The notes: a model not told the origin generated them from the sequence alone. A DNA stretch of 64,000 nucleotides from Eledone cirrhosa (GCA_964016885.1 CAXHJY010000726.1:11870-75869); one strand, 5' to 3'. Positions 26,554 to 40,945 are shown, numbered from the stretch's first letter. A program made the numbers and translations.

Positions 26554-27892
26554 TTATGAGGGTTTCTTTAACCTCAATTGGTAAGGTTTCCCTAATGTGT
26601 ATAACATCTTTATCTGCATTATCTACCGGCTACCAACTTCACGAAGTCAACCACATACTCAACTGCTTCTTTATGGTTTGTAGACCGTTTTTCACATCTC
26701 ACAATACACACAGAAATTATATAATTTTTCTTAAATCTTTGTAGCGATGCTTCCCTGTAATGACAGACATATTAAACAACAATTCAGGGTGTCCTATTAA
26801 CGCATTCCTCGACAAGTGTGCTCCGTCACGCCGACGTTTAGGAAACCCTTCATCCGACAATCTATCAATCTTTTGCCAGCTTTCATAGTTTGTTTTTCAA
26901 TGCCAATGTAGAGAAGACTCGTGGCTTAGGGCGGAGAGAAGAATTTTGATTAAATTGACCCTAGTACTTGACTGGTGCTTTATTTTATCAACTTTGGAGC
27001 TGAAAGGTAAAGTTGAACTAGGCGGAATTTGAACTCAGATCTTTATGAGCCGAAATAAATGCCACAAGACATTTCTTCTAACACTCTAACGGTTCCGCCA
27101 AACTGAAATTTCACTGACACTATCGTAGTAGCTATTATTACAATAGCGCTCATAACCCGATCAGGCCAAACGTAAAGTCAAAATAGCAACAGCAGCAATA
27201 ACAACAGCGGCAGTAGTAACAACAACAGCAATATCATTGTCGTCCTCATCATCATCATTAACAACAATAATTTTGCTGGAGTTCTGTCACTAATGTGTAA
27301 TTCTTAGAATGAAGCTAACCTATTCTGATTGTAACTAATTCTCAAGATGCCATTTTCACAACGTTTTCTCCACTAAACAAACAAGAAAAAATCTTCCACT
27401 TGATATTTAATATTTGCTTCAAAACAAACAAGCAGGAGCTAAACGGTGTCGAGAAGTTAGCTTGGTGTTAAAGGTAAGGTACTGTGATTATAGTAGAGGT
27501 AGTAGTGGTGGAGGTTAGTGATATTAGTGGTGGTGATTAGTGATATTAGTGGTGGTGGTGGTGGTGGTGTAATGATACTGGTGATAGTGCTGGTTGTGGT
27601 CGTTGTTATCGTGGATGTAGTGTTAGTAGTGGAGGTTGTGGTGATGTTGCAGGTGATGGGGCGGTTGTTGATATTAGTAGTGGAGGTGGTAGTGATGGAG
27701 GTGGTGGTGTTAGAAGTAATGGTTGATGTGTTGTGATGATGGTGCTGCGGCGTTGGTTTTGGTTGGATGATGTTGATGGTAGGGTTTGTTACTGCCTTCC
27801 GCATACCGTACTCAGTACTCAGTTCTGTTTTAATAGCATCACTCTGACATGAAAATGGAATCCTCTCTTGTAAGTGTCGTCGTTCTAATAAA

Positions 27893-28571
27893 CAGTGGCA
27901 GACTGGCCACGTTGCCCAATGTGGCCCACGGTAGCATTGCAAGAGCCCACAGTAGCATTGCAGGGCCGACTGTAGTATTTTAGGAGCCAATGCTTTGTTT
28001 TTAAAAAATACTTGAAATATAAGAGAAAGAATAAAATTTTAAAAATAAATAAATAAAACAATTAAGCAAAGCATTTGGTCAACCAATTGCCCAGGGAATT
28101 AATAGCAACAAAATATATGATAGTGCAAATAGCTGAAATCAGTGGTTGTACATTTTACTAAATATAAAGCATTAATGCATGCATATATAGATACACACAC
28201 ACAAGTATATATATATATATACATATATACTTACACACGAACTACTGAGGAAATAATATTTGGTATATATGGGTTAAAGACATCTGTCAAAACAATTAGT
28301 GGTGAAGGTGGTATGTATACACACACACACACACACACATGTATATATGTATATATATATATATTGAGTGTGTGTTAAAGACCAAAGGTCATTATTGAAA
28401 GTCTCTGGGTTTCGCAAAGTATATATTTTTTATTGGAGAAGGTAAGATATTTTTCCACTTATGTATCTTTTGAAAATGTTATTTTTCATTACAAAAATTA
28501 AATGATAGCATTCTATATGTAGGTGGGACCCCTTCATCTGGCAACCAATATTTTTCGACCTAGTCCGCCAC

Positions 28572-28602
<31 letters not shown>

Positions 28603-29494
28603 CCAATCATTGTAAGTTTGAATCTAACTGACATGCAAAAACATATATATAGGAATAAGGTAAGCCCAAATCATAGTAGATTCAAATATCACAGAGAGAA
28701 AGAGAGAGAGAGAGAGAGAGGGGGGGGAGCGAGAAAGAGAGAAAGAGAGAGAAATGAAACATGGATTACAGCTTAAAATATAGTCTAGATAGATGTGAAA
28801 CAAAACGAGGATGTAGTTTATGGAACACCCAAATGATTTAGAAGTCGGCCTTAAGTAGGAGCAATAACATTAAGAAAGACATGAACGACACCACAACACG
28901 ATGTTTTGAAAATTTTGAAAGTAGGTTTATAAGTATGAATTTTCATAAGATTTTCGTAGTTTCTCTGTGGCCTAGCGGTAGGTATTGGAGACGATGGAGA
29001 TTCTGGCCTTAGGTACAATCCTGGTCAAGTTTTTATTTTACAACCCATAGAAAAGAACTGAAAAGGTTAACTGGGAACTATACTCCTGACCAGAATCGAA
29101 CTTCAGACTAGGATCACCACCGTCTATAATTCCTCCAGCTAGGCCACCGAGACAGCTTCAAAAGTATAATGAAAATTGATAATTATAAGCCTACTTTCAA
29201 AATCAAAGTTAAACATATGTGGTGTCGTTCATAGCTTTCCTAGAGTTATTAGTAATATTTAGGGTCGACTTTTGGTCATTATTGAAAGTCTCTGGATTTC
29301 GTAAAATACATATTTTTGATTGGAGAAGGTAAGATATTTTTCCGCAAAATTTTTATTGCGCTGTTCTGTTTCCATTTATGTATTTTTCGAAAATGTTATT
29401 TATTCATTATAAAAATTAAATGATAGCATTCTATATGTAGGTGCGCCCCCTTCATCTGCTGGCAACCAATATTTTTAGACCCAGTCCACCACTG
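27893..29494. mobile_element. Non-autonomous hAT DNA transposon
   Basis: TIRs CAGTGGCAGACTGG / CCAGTCCACCACTG. 8-bp TSD CTAATAAA / TTAATAAA (7 of 8 match). The right-end ~190 bp is duplicated internally at 28387-28572. Confidence 0.75.
28842..29272. mobile_element. Foldback element with inverted tRNA-like arms nested in the hAT element
   Basis: Arms 28842-29029 and 29083-29272 are imperfect reverse complements. Each has an A-box (TGGCCTAGC) and a B-box-like motif (GGTACAATCC / AGTTCGATTC). Confidence 0.65.
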
Positions 29495-29924
29495 TTAATA
29501 AATGTAGCATTATTAGATCTAGTACATATTCTTAACTCACACAAGTCATCATCATACCCATAGGGTAAAGAGGGTCTTTTAGGTGAGTCAGTAATGTCAA
29601 TTTCCTCAGTACTGGTGCCATGATGAAACTGAGCCAGTATAATCTGTAAAGTGGTTGGCGCCTAGAAGCAGTAACAACACTGTTGTTGTTCTTCTTATTG
29701 TTGTTGAACCCAAGTTATAACCATTCCGTTCTTTTATCGAGCATTTTAGGATTAAATTATCGACGTGTTCTTTCTCTTTTTTTATGGTAAGGTGTAATTT
29801 TAGCAAAGGTTGGCAGCTATTTCTAGCAGGTTGAATGTTTCACTAGAATTTTATACTTCAATGTTTATCAAACTAACCTGTCTATTGTATAACGCTCTTG
29901 TCCTTACTTTTGTTTTTATGTAAC

Positions 29925-30015
29925 TTTGTCTGCCCAGCCTCAATTGTATTGTATCTCCTGTGTTTATAATGTTTACTGTATTTCTATGTGCACGCCCTTG
30001 TGACTAATAAAGAAA
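29925..30015 (+). mobile_element. Tx1-like 3' end fragment
   Basis: CGCCCTTGTGACTAATAAAGAAA resembles the Tx1 3' end CGCCCTTGTGGCTAATAAAGAAA at 8805-8827; followed by (ATT)n. Confidence 0.55.
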
Positions 30016-30034
30016 CTAATATTATTATTAGGAA

Positions 30035-30224
30035 CGCGGTGGATTGGCAGTATCGGTAGAGGGTCGGACGCCATGCTTTCCAGCATAGTTACGTCCCTTT
30101 ACGATCTGAGTTCAAATCCCGCCGAGGTTGACTTTGCCTTTCATCCTTACGGGGTCGATAAAATAAAGTACCAGTAATGCACTGGGTAATTGCTGGCCTT
30201 GTGCCTAAAGTAGAAACAATTATT
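30035..30224 (+). mobile_element. Nin/Deu-domain tRNA SINE
   Basis: Same consensus as 26333; well preserved. Confidence 0.88.
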
Positions 30225-32792
30225 AGGAACGCCTTCGCACTCAACGTGCTATCTGTGAGAATGGCCCTGGACCATTTCCTTAATGCAAAACATAAAGTTT
30301 GCATTGTCAGAATTAAGGCACCTAACCTGAAACATGAGGGAACGAAAGTTGTTCGATGGGTCAGAGTGGCAGAGGCGCAGAGTGGTAAGAAAACCACAAT
30401 AATATTTCTGTTTACCAAATTTCACTCTGAATGCATAGATAAACTTGAGGCTTAGGCAGAATACACTTGCCAGACTGTCTGAAAAGTTATCAATTAGTTA
30501 TTAATTATGTTGTAAAGTTAGGGTGATTATAGGTTTGGAGGTATAAGGGAATAAAAATTATATAGATTTTTGGAATACTACTTAATATATAAAAGACATG
30601 CCACTGTTTCAAGTTATGATTGCTGTTGTATGAATTCCAACGAATTTGTATCAAATACGAAGATCCACAGACAACAAGTGGATAAGTGGAATGTATGCTA
30701 TTAAGTAGAATCCGTGGATACCATACTGGTGTAGCATTTCCAAGAGAATATTATGATCAAAAGAAACTATAAGCACGAGTGAGAGATTTGTTAAGCTGAT
30801 CAACTTATAAAGGAGAGCTGAGATTTGTTAGATACACAGAATATTGAATGCTAAATGAAATAGAAATTTTTGCTAGTAGCATGGAAGCAAATATAATGGT
30901 GATATTTAATTACAGATAAGAGACATGTTTTACGGAAAAATTAACACGAGCAATACCAATTCACTTTGTTAAAGTATACGGAATAAGGATTTATAATCAA
31001 AATTATATTTTCCACTATGATAAATACTGTCCACAATTGTCAGAGTGAAACAAATTTTTTTTACAATTTTCTCTTCTGCCATGCGTTACAAGACAGAAAG
31101 ACGAAACTTGCCAACATGGGGAGAATTACCAAAGCAGATAATATGGTAATATTGGACTGTTTTAAATAATTTACAGCCTTGAGGCATAAACTAATATACA
31201 GATGAAGCATGAAAATATTATAACTATTCAAAGCATTTCGCTATGCTTCTACACTAAAATATATTACACTACATTGTATCGCAGTAGCAATGGCACACAA
31301 GATTTTCAGTGAAATAAAAAAAATGAAAAAAAAAAAAGATATTTCATCAATCACTCGTTCATTAAAGTCTCAGATAATTATTAGAGAGGAGATTTCCTGT
31401 ATCTTAATTTGCAAATATGGCTCTTTTCCTTCTTTGGCATCTAATGTGTGAGTCTTAGCCTTCTTTGGCTTTGAACAGCTACACATACATTTGTAAATGT
31501 TGAGTTCCACGAAATACGGTTGCCTCTGGATGCTATATCAATGTTCAGACATTAATGGATGTTTCCAAGAGACTTACATTTACTCAAAACGTGTTTGATG
31601 TACCTGCTTATGAGCCTTTTCTGACTCCATATATAACTGTTTTTCCGTATACCTCCTCAAATATTTTACGAAGACTAAAATGTAAATCTTCTGTGGCTGA
31701 AGGTGCTCTGCATACTAACTCTGCTTAGGACTACGTTGTTGCCAAACTGTATTGTATCAAGACAGTGTTCACAACATCCTCATCATCCACCATCATCCTC
31801 AGCATCCTCATAATCAGCATCATCCACATCATAAATATCATACTTTGTTCTTATAGCATTAAACCAACCGCCACCATAACCACCACAATAGCCGAAGCAT
31901 CTTTCTCACTCTCTCAATTCAATCAAGCGGTTTACAACTACAAGAACTTTTGAAAGACAAAATATCTAAAGCATCATAAGAAAATACGATCCTTATTTCC
32001 AAACTCTAGTTTCTTTATATTTTTCAAATGTTTGATAAAGGTAGATGGGCACCAACCGTTAGGCTTAAATGTCAGAGTTACCATATTGTTAATTCTCAAT
32101 TGAACCCCTCAAGCAGCAAATATTTCCTGGATTTCACAAATTTATTTCATTACATGTTGACAGTGAAGCTATCAAACGTGGATTTGACGTGCTATGTGTG
32201 CTTGTTTATAGAATTACAAGATTAGATGTAGGAGTGAATATTCGCTGATTTAAATTTAAAAAAAAAAAAAAAATACAATAAATGAAGATTTACATCTCAG
32301 CTATAACGACTGAGATAAAATTTCAACAATCTCAGCTAAAAATAAAAGGAAAAAATTAACGGAAAAATATTGATTTTTTTTCAACATTTTCTTTCAACTT
32401 TCAAAACTTGCAATGGGGAATGTGTTTTCATGCCAGATTTTGGTAATATTTTTGGAGTAAGAGACAGGCAGCTCAATTCTGTATATCTAAACCTCGTGGA
32501 CAAAAGAACATTTTGACTAGAATAATGATAAACTTAACACAGAGCTTTTAATAAACCTTGTGAAAATCCAGGAAATATAATCCCCAAGATAACATCAAAA
32601 GGCTTAATGTATAATAAATAAATGATGTTCCCTGGAATATAGCAGATGTAAAGACTTAAGACTTAGTAATGTGATAAACAACGATTTCTCACATCGCTAT
32701 AAGGTGACAAGTCTAACTATAACTAACTTGATCGTTAGTGAGTCAGAAGAACAAATAGGACAGCTAATTAGCTCGGTTTTCTTGACATTAAG

Positions 32793-32981
32793 GACGGTGG
32801 ATTGGCAGTATCGGTGGAGAGACGGACGGCATGCTTTCCAGCATAGAGTTACGCCTCTTTAAGGTTTGAGTTCAAATCTCGCCGTGGTTAACTTTGCCTT
32901 TCATCCTTACGGGGTCGATAAAATAAAGTACCAGAAATGCACTGGGATAATTGCTGGCCTTGTGCCAAAAGTAGAAACAAT
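32793..32981 (+). mobile_element. Nin/Deu-domain tRNA SINE
   Basis: Same consensus. Confidence 0.85.
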
Positions 32982-33129
32982 TAATGATATTAATGTTATC
33001 GTTCTTTGCATATTCTAGCATTGGTCTTATTTTCGGGCTGACCATCACGTGTAAATATACAAATGGAACACAAGCCAACAAATACCGACCGAATGCTGAA
33101 ACGATTCATATTAATGCCAAGATAAGTTA

Positions 33130-33780
33130 CTGATCAATAAACCCATAACTGAAAACTATATGAAGAGAAATAGGGTTCTGTCAAGTTACTGCTAGATTGA
33201 TTACAAGAAAACATCTGACAGTGTTCCTAACTTATGAAAATAATAACCTCGAGGAAATTAACATCAATAAGAAGTAGCTACACCAAACATGTCTTGAATA
33301 AATGTATGATAATCACACAGACCCAAACAAACGAGGGAATTACAAATATGAAACCGATTACGATAAGAAGAGGAATATTCTGGAAAAGACGCCATTTATT
33401 CACAAGTAACACATTTACGCATGCTAAGATAGATTGGATACGGATACAGGGACTGATAATCAAATATTGCACGTATATGGATAGCCTAAATTTGTATGAT
33501 GTAGATTACAAACTGGAATCATTTTGTGTGGATTCCAAATACACATATTTAGTGGAAAAGCTTACATGAAATTCAATTAGGAAAATGAACCAAAGAATAT
33601 AAATACAAAATAAAACAGAAAAATCGTATCGAATTTTAAAAGAACTATGATAAAATATAGAGATAAGAGAATTAGATTAAGAACAGACTTACAAATATTT
33701 AAGAATTAATGAAATGGACTGTATTGCACATGAGAACTAAAGCAAATATTAAACAGAAATACCATAGTAGCATTAGATTA
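33130..33780 (+). pseudogene. Highly degraded R4-type RT relic
   Basis: IDYKKTSDSVP (cf. DYKKAFDSVP), IRRGIF (cf. IRRGIFQGD) and YMDSLNLY (cf. YMDDLKLY) appear in order; interrupted downstream by SINEs. Confidence 0.6.
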
Positions 33781-33933
33781 ATACTGGTTTCTAATTTAGG
33801 CAGACAGAAAAGTAGATTATATTATTCTCAGTATTTTGTTTTATCAACCTCGGAAGGATAAAAGGCAAAGCTGACTTCGGCGGGATTTTAACTCAGAATG
33901 TAAAGGACCGTAACTTTTTGCCAGCATTAGATA

Positions 33934-34609
33934 AATAATTGTTTCCACTTTTGGCACAAGGCCAGCAATTATCCCAGTACATTACTGGTACTTTATTTTA
34001 TCAACCCGTAAGGATGAAAGGCAAAGTTAACCTCGGCGGGATTTGAACTCAGACCTTCAAAGGTAGTATGTAACAATAGTTTAGTTGTTACAGTTATAAT
34101 TGCTTCGACTGGGTGGTAAGAGAATTAGCAAAACTACATAGATAGGAAAACGAGCAAACTATAGAATGCGTCAAGATTGCACTACGGAAAATATGGCACA
34201 AAAAACTAGAACTATTTTAAAATTTCTGCTACAGAACTACATCAAAATATAAAATGTAGAACACCAAAAATTTCATAGAAATAATTACAAAATATGAGCA
34301 AAACAAAACTGTTTTCTATCTTCAAAGAATTGACGAAAATTATCTAAGGACGCCATCCATACGAAAAATAACTGTCAATTTATAGCCACCATACCAATTG
34401 GCAAACATCTAATTAATTAATTATTTCTACTTTTGGCACAATGCCAGCAATTATCTAAGTGTACTACTGGTACTTTATTTTATGACCCCGTAAGGATGGT
34501 CGGCAAAGTTAACCTCGGCGGGATTTGAACTCAGACCATAAAGGGCCGTAACTCTTTGCTTCAAAGCATGGCGTCCGACCCTCTACCGATACTGCTAATC
34601 CACCGCCCT
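33934..34609 (-). mobile_element. Two Nin/Deu SINE copies (33934-34060 partial; 34420-34609)
   Basis: Reverse complement of the SINE consensus (GGATGAAAGGCAAAGTTAACCTCGGCGGGATTTGAACTC). Confidence 0.85.
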
Positions 34610-35272
34610 TTATGATCAGATTCTAACTCAGCACATCATGCGTTACAGGATATTAGAATTATCAATGAAAAGCAACATCCACAAATTCACTTGACAACAG
34701 AGTACGTTTAATACTGATGACATCATCATAATTTAATTGATGGAGTTGACTTTCTTTTTTGAATTAGCCCCGAGGAAACACCATATGACACCGTCTAACC
34801 CTATTTATTCTTCCTACGTAAATTGATTACCGTTTATTCCAAATCAAAACGTCAATAGATTTCTAAAGAAATGTGTTTACTTCCAAGTTCGTCAAAGTAA
34901 CCTATTAAAGAATATTTTATTTAGTATTTTTATTTTTTATAAATTTGATTAATCCCTTTGTACGTCTTTACTAACAGTGATCGCTGTAGCAGGTGAGAAG
35001 AAAATTAGCTTCTTCCTTGTAACTAAGTAACACAACCACAACAGTTATGACGTCATGCGTCTGTCAGAGAGACCTTGAAACATTGTATGACATTTTTTAA
35101 CGCCTCAACAAAACTGCTTGCCTCAGCTCATTGATCTCTCTCACACATCTTCTCCCCTTCTCACACATTTTACCTGATACTATTGCTTTTGTTCCCTGGT
35201 AGGTTTCAGGGATATAATAAATATGTACGATTTGTAATCTCAACAGACTATATATATATATATATATATATA

Positions 35273-35428
35273 GTAATAATAATAAATTTGAAGACTAAAA
35301 TCCAAAGAGGGCTCGATAAGGATAAATATATATCAAATATATAAGAACCGTAGAGCAAATATTTATTAAAATAACAGATTAAAGTTTAAGCAAAGAATCG
35401 CTGCTTTAATCTGTTATTTTAATAAATA
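35273..35428 (-). mobile_element. PLE family A 3' end with short inverted arm, in (TA)n
   Basis: Matches 60177-60311 and then flips to TTTAATCTGTTATTTTAATAAATA. Confidence 0.85.
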
Positions 35429-35445
35429 TATATATATATATATAT

Positions 35446-35626
35446 ATTGGTAAACGGAATAGAAAATGCTGACAAATTGTTCACAGTTGAAAAATGGTTT
35501 AATTAGGAAATGTGTGAGAAGGGGAGAAGATGTGTGAGAGAGATCAATGAGCTGAGGCAATTTCCTAATTAAACCATTTTTCAACTGTGAACAATTTGTC
35601 AGCATTTTCTATTCCGTTTACCAATA
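35446..35626. repeat. Perfect ~65 bp inverted repeat with a 50 bp spacer
   Basis: 35446-35510 is the reverse complement of 35561-35626. The spacer is the reverse complement of 35118-35170. Confidence 0.9.
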
Positions 35627-35659
35627 TATAATAACTTGTGTGTTACACCTCTATTCTTT

Positions 35660-35752
<93 letters not shown>

Positions 35753-36420
35753 ATTATCATTACTATTATTATTATTATTATTATCATATATATATATAAT
35801 AAAGGAACGATCGACTTTCGTCAAATCGGACCGAGGAAACAATGTTTCCGTTGGTCTTTCTAATTGCTAATACTATCTATCGGTCGCAACGCCAGGTAGA
35901 AGGAGCAACGTGAAATAAAGTGTCTTGCTCAAGGCCATAACGCATCGCCTGGTCCAGGAATCGAACTCACAACCTTACGATTGCGAATCCAATTCTCTAA
36001 CCACTCAGCCACACGCCGTATACACACGCATATGCGCGGTGTGTGTGTTTTTTTTACTGGTGTCAATCATTAGACTGTGGTTATGCTGGGGCATTTTATC
36101 GAGCATATGGACCACATAACTAATTTTTTCAAGTCTGATACTTATTTATTGATTTCTTTTGTCAAACCGCAACTTTATGCTAAACGTAAACAAGGACACA
36201 GTAACACATATATCTATATCTATTTATCTATCTATTTATATATTTATTTATATATTTATTTATATATTTATTTATTTATCTCTCTATATATATATTCTCA
36301 AAAATGGCTAATTGAATACGCTATGTGCGCCCCTCCCCACTTTTTTTCTTATTTGTTCACCCGTTCCTTTCTCCTCTCATTCTTTATCTTTCTATTTTAT
36401 CTTTTATTTTCCAACTCTTT

Positions 36421-36454
36421 CTTCTGATGAAGGACTAGTGTCCGAAACGTTAAG
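36421..36454 (+). ncRNA. Minimal type I hammerhead ribozyme (PLE-type)
   Basis: CTT-CTGATGA-A-GGAC-TAGT-GTCC-GAAA-CGT-T-AAG: stem I CTT/AAG, stem II GGAC/GTCC, palindromic ACGT stem III. Confidence 0.78.
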
Positions 36455-37831
36455 CTTCTTTTCCAGTTATTTCAAGCGCGTTAAACTAATATATTTCTTC
36501 CATGTACTGTGTCGTTTGCTTTGTTATCTCTGTTTACTCTTTACGTAGCCATGTGTGTGCATGTGAATGCGTGTGTATGTGTGTGTATGTATATATGTGT
36601 GCGTATGTGTGTATGTATGTGTATTCTATATCTGGTCATTATTATGTATCTGGTAGTCATTTGTTTAAAATCCTTTGTTACCCTCATCAGCGGAGGTACA
36701 AAGTGAATTGTAAATGTATTTCACTGTTTTTAGATACTGTCGCATAGACACCTGTGTTATAACAGAAACGACCAAAATATTTAATAATTTGCAGTGCAAG
36801 TAACACCGTAAGAATAATCAAGCTCTCAGAATCAATTAAAATATGAAAATCAACTTTCGGAAATAAACTGTTACAGTATACAAGGAATATCATAAATGCA
36901 TTATTCTGTTTATATTCATCATGACACAGACGCCTGTACTGAAAAAACATTACATAAAAGTCTAAATGATCTATATACATCTGTTGATTTTCATATTCTG
37001 ATTTTGTTGTGTGTTAATCTCGTAAGACTTTGATACCTTATCTTTTCATATATCTTTGACACCTTATATTTTCAACACTGATTTTCTATACTTATTCCAT
37101 TTAGCAGTTTAATGCCTGCACTTTCTAAACATTTTAAGTATACTTTTTCTCTATTTGGAGATAACCGTGGAACATAACTCACACCTAACAAAATTTATAT
37201 CTAACACGTTATACTCCTGACAACTTCTTTAGTCTATAATAAAATCTTGGAGATCCCTCTATATATCACAGCTCGTCTGATGATTAATTAAAATATGTTG
37301 AGCGTGAAACTTTGAATTCCAATGTATAATCACTAACGGACTCCATCATATTATACATATTTCTTTCTACTATAATCCGTATATTAAGTTAGTTCGTGTA
37401 AAAAGCTATAAAATCTCAGGTGACTGATATCTAATGGTGTTTGAAGCTTTCTTGTATTAACATCATTTAGATCTTTTAGGGTTACGCTGAAAAAAATTCG
37501 GTGAGATTCACTCGTTCCACATATAGGCGTATAAGATCTAAACAAGTATAAACACTTATGATAAAAAATATGGAGAACAACTTTTGATAGGATGATCTGC
37601 TACAAAATTGTATATTGGAAATTCCTAAGAAAATATTCATGAAGAATTTCTTTTAGGAATCCACACTGAACTTATGAATATAGAAAACTAGTGTTTGATA
37701 AATAGAAAGTTGCTCAAGAAAATTGTGATAAAATCCTATGATGTCGGGTTTAGGTCCACTGCATTTATAGCCTTGACTTAATCACATGCTTTGTGTATAA
37801 AATTTGGTAGCAACAATCTAGAGGCCTGTCG

Positions 37832-37897
<66 letters not shown>

Positions 37898-38057
37898 GCT
37901 AAGTACATATGTATATATGCCTATATATATATATACATCATACGATGAAATATTGGTGTTGGTAGCAAACCAAGCACTCTATGCACAGGCAGAGTGTATA
38001 TAATAGAAAAAACGAGGAAGCTTCGTTTACATATGAAAAATATTTATTGTGTATCGA

Positions 38058-38147
38058 CCTGTTACGCGCGTTTGGCAGAAGATTGGCTCAAGGTGACCCG
38101 TAGGCATTATGGACCCGACTCCAGTATCGATCTGCTCCTCAGACTGG
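38058..38147 (-). ncRNA. Degenerate hammerhead ribozyme (GAAA changed to CAAA)
   Basis: Minus strand reads CCAGT-CTGAGGA-GCAGA..~50 nt..TCTGC-CAAA-CGCGCG-TA-ACAGG, with palindromic ACGCGCGT. Confidence 0.55.
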
Positions 38148-38224
38148 TGAGGCGACAAAACATATATTTTTGTTGTGTTATGTGGACCGAGGATGTATGT
38201 ATATATATATAGGCATCTCCCTAT

Positions 38225-38516
38225 TTTTTTGTGTATGGGCGTAGGTGTATATTTTGGTGTAATTGGTGGGGCGGCAATGCGGGTGTATTCACCGGTATTC
38301 ATGTTCGTATTTAAGGATTCGTGTATGTGTGCGTGCACGCATTTGGGCGCGTTTTGGAATGTGTATTGGTTAGTCAAGGACTTGTTTTGGTGTAAACAGG
38401 AAGCAGGGATTTGTGTAGTGTGCTAGGTAAATACGCACATGAATACCGGTCAATACACACCCTCATTGCCGCCTCACCAATTACACCAAAATATACACAT
38501 ACGCCCATACACAAAA
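38225..38516. repeat. ~90 bp imperfect inverted repeat
   Basis: 38225-38313 versus 38428-38516; begins just after (TA)n. Confidence 0.8.
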
Positions 38517-39607
38517 GAAGGCCAATGCGATGGACTGGCGCTTTGTCCAGAGGGAGTCTTGTACTCTCAGTCGTTTCATGCCACAAAAACCAAGATAAGC
38601 ACCGGCCTAATGAGCCTCCGAGCTCGAGACAGAATTTAGACCTTTTTAGGTTGAGAATTACACAAGCACCGATAACTTAATTCTGAAGCGAATCTGTAGC
38701 AAATCATTCAAAGGATTTCCACACAATTTCTTCCTATAGATTTACTGTCTTGGGTTGCACGAAGCTATCTTAGAATTAGTTGCTCAAGACGCCATGCAGT
38801 AGAATCGAACCTAAAACCTAATAATTGTAAAGCGAACTTCTTAACCCTCAACAATAGCTGCGCCCATAGTAATAAGTATTGCATTGCCAGAAACATTTGT
38901 AGCAGTAGAGATATCAGATGCAGAACTTCACATAACAAAATATATCTCCTTCGATTGCGAGAGGATAGAAAAAATGGCATGGAGAAGCTGAAACATATAT
39001 CCATAAAGATGTAATAGCATCAGTGTCGGTGTTACACTCAAACTCTCATTGAGACACATTCATGATACATATAAAGCGACTTAACACAGTTATATGTTCA
39101 ACCTCTCCCTACACCCACTAGATACATCAAGCACACATTTTAAAGAAAACATCGGCAAGATAAGAAGTATGAACCAAGCAGCACCAGAATACCAATATAT
39201 AGGATGATTTCAGGCATTAGAACCTCAAATACCAGTTGTTCGTAAGAAAAATAATGTCTCTGTTTGACTTTACCGGCATGCAGTTAATAAAACAATAGTT
39301 TGTAATCAAAACTGAGGCAGAAATGCATTTGATTTCTGCTTCACAAGCAATGCAGAAATCGTCTACAATTTAAAGGGATTCCAACAATATTCTCTAAATA
39401 TATCATTATAGAAATGATATTAATTGGTCCAAGACAACACGCAGCTCAGCATCCCACCCACCAAATATATAACAACCCATATTGAAATACGTACATATAT
39501 ACATATATACATATATACATATGTACTTAGCCATATGTGTGTGTGTGTGTGAGTGAAAGCAACTGGTGCGTGTGTTTCTTATTGGCAACATGACCCTCCC
39601 AAAGCAT

Positions 39608-39638
<31 letters not shown>

Positions 39639-39651
39639 CATATGTGTGTGC

Positions 39652-40032
<381 letters not shown>

Positions 40033-40264
40033 GATATATATATATATGGGATAACAAATTATCGTTATAGGTAATCCAGTTAGAGGTTGTGAGTACTCCG
40101 TATTGTGGATAGTTTTAATGTACAGCGTTGTTTGACTCAACAAGAGGTTTCCTTATTTAGGTGGCGAGTTCTCGGGAATTCCTATGCAGGTTAATCTTGG
40201 AGTAATAATAGTGAAAGAGTGAAGAATAACATGGTCAACAGTACAAAAAGGGTTTTATTTACAA

Positions 40265-40369
40265 TATTAACAACTGTTTCATTGATTAGGGTGTCTAAAA
40301 ATTGCTAATCACTTGAAGTTGTGTCACTCAATTTTAAATACATGTACGCCTAATCAAATCATCGGAATA
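40265..40369 (-). ncRNA. Hammerhead ribozyme with U4C core and long stem II
   Basis: Minus strand reads TATT-CCGATGA-TTTGATTAGG..CCTAATCAAT-GAAA-CAGTTG-TT-AATA. Confidence 0.65.
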
Positions 40370-40945
40370 ACTGATTAAAATTATACACGGCGCTTGTAAT
40401 ATACTAGGAAAATTCAAATCACATAAGTAATAAAGAAAGACAAAGAAAAAAGAAAAAAGAAAAAAGAAAAAGGAAAAAGGAAAAAAGAAAAAAGAAAAAA
40501 GAAAAAAGAAAAAAGAAAAAAGAAAAAAGAAAAAAATAATAAATAAATAATAATAAATAAGTTAGAATGAAGATGATGAAAAATAAGTAAAAAAATATGT
40601 GTGAAAAAAAGTGAATATAATATGATTGTTGAAAATAGTTGCAGTGGTGGTAGTGGGGTGGTTAAAGTTATAGTGGTTGTAAGTATAAAGATGTGATGGT
40701 ATAAATATGAAAATATTAAATATATACACATATGTATTGGTTAAATTACAGAGGGTTATATTATGAAGAAATAATACAGTGTTACATAAAGGATAAATTA
40801 ATAAATTGGAAGTTATGTGAGAGGTGAAGAGAACATGATAGGATATAATGGAAGCGGTGAAATAGTTTTAGGGAAAGAGAGTGAAAGAAAGAAAGGTTAG
40901 GAGGTTATAATGTTGATTTAGTGATTAATTGATCTATTGACAGTT

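Noticed and set aside
27457-27990. 177 aa Thr-rich, mucin-like ORF
   Set aside because: It is a degenerate (GTG/GTA)n trinucleotide tract running into the hAT end; no splice or domain support.
30480-31120. Possible ancient L1-like relic (CHNC..ET motif near 31030)
   Set aside because: Too degraded to call without a profile search.
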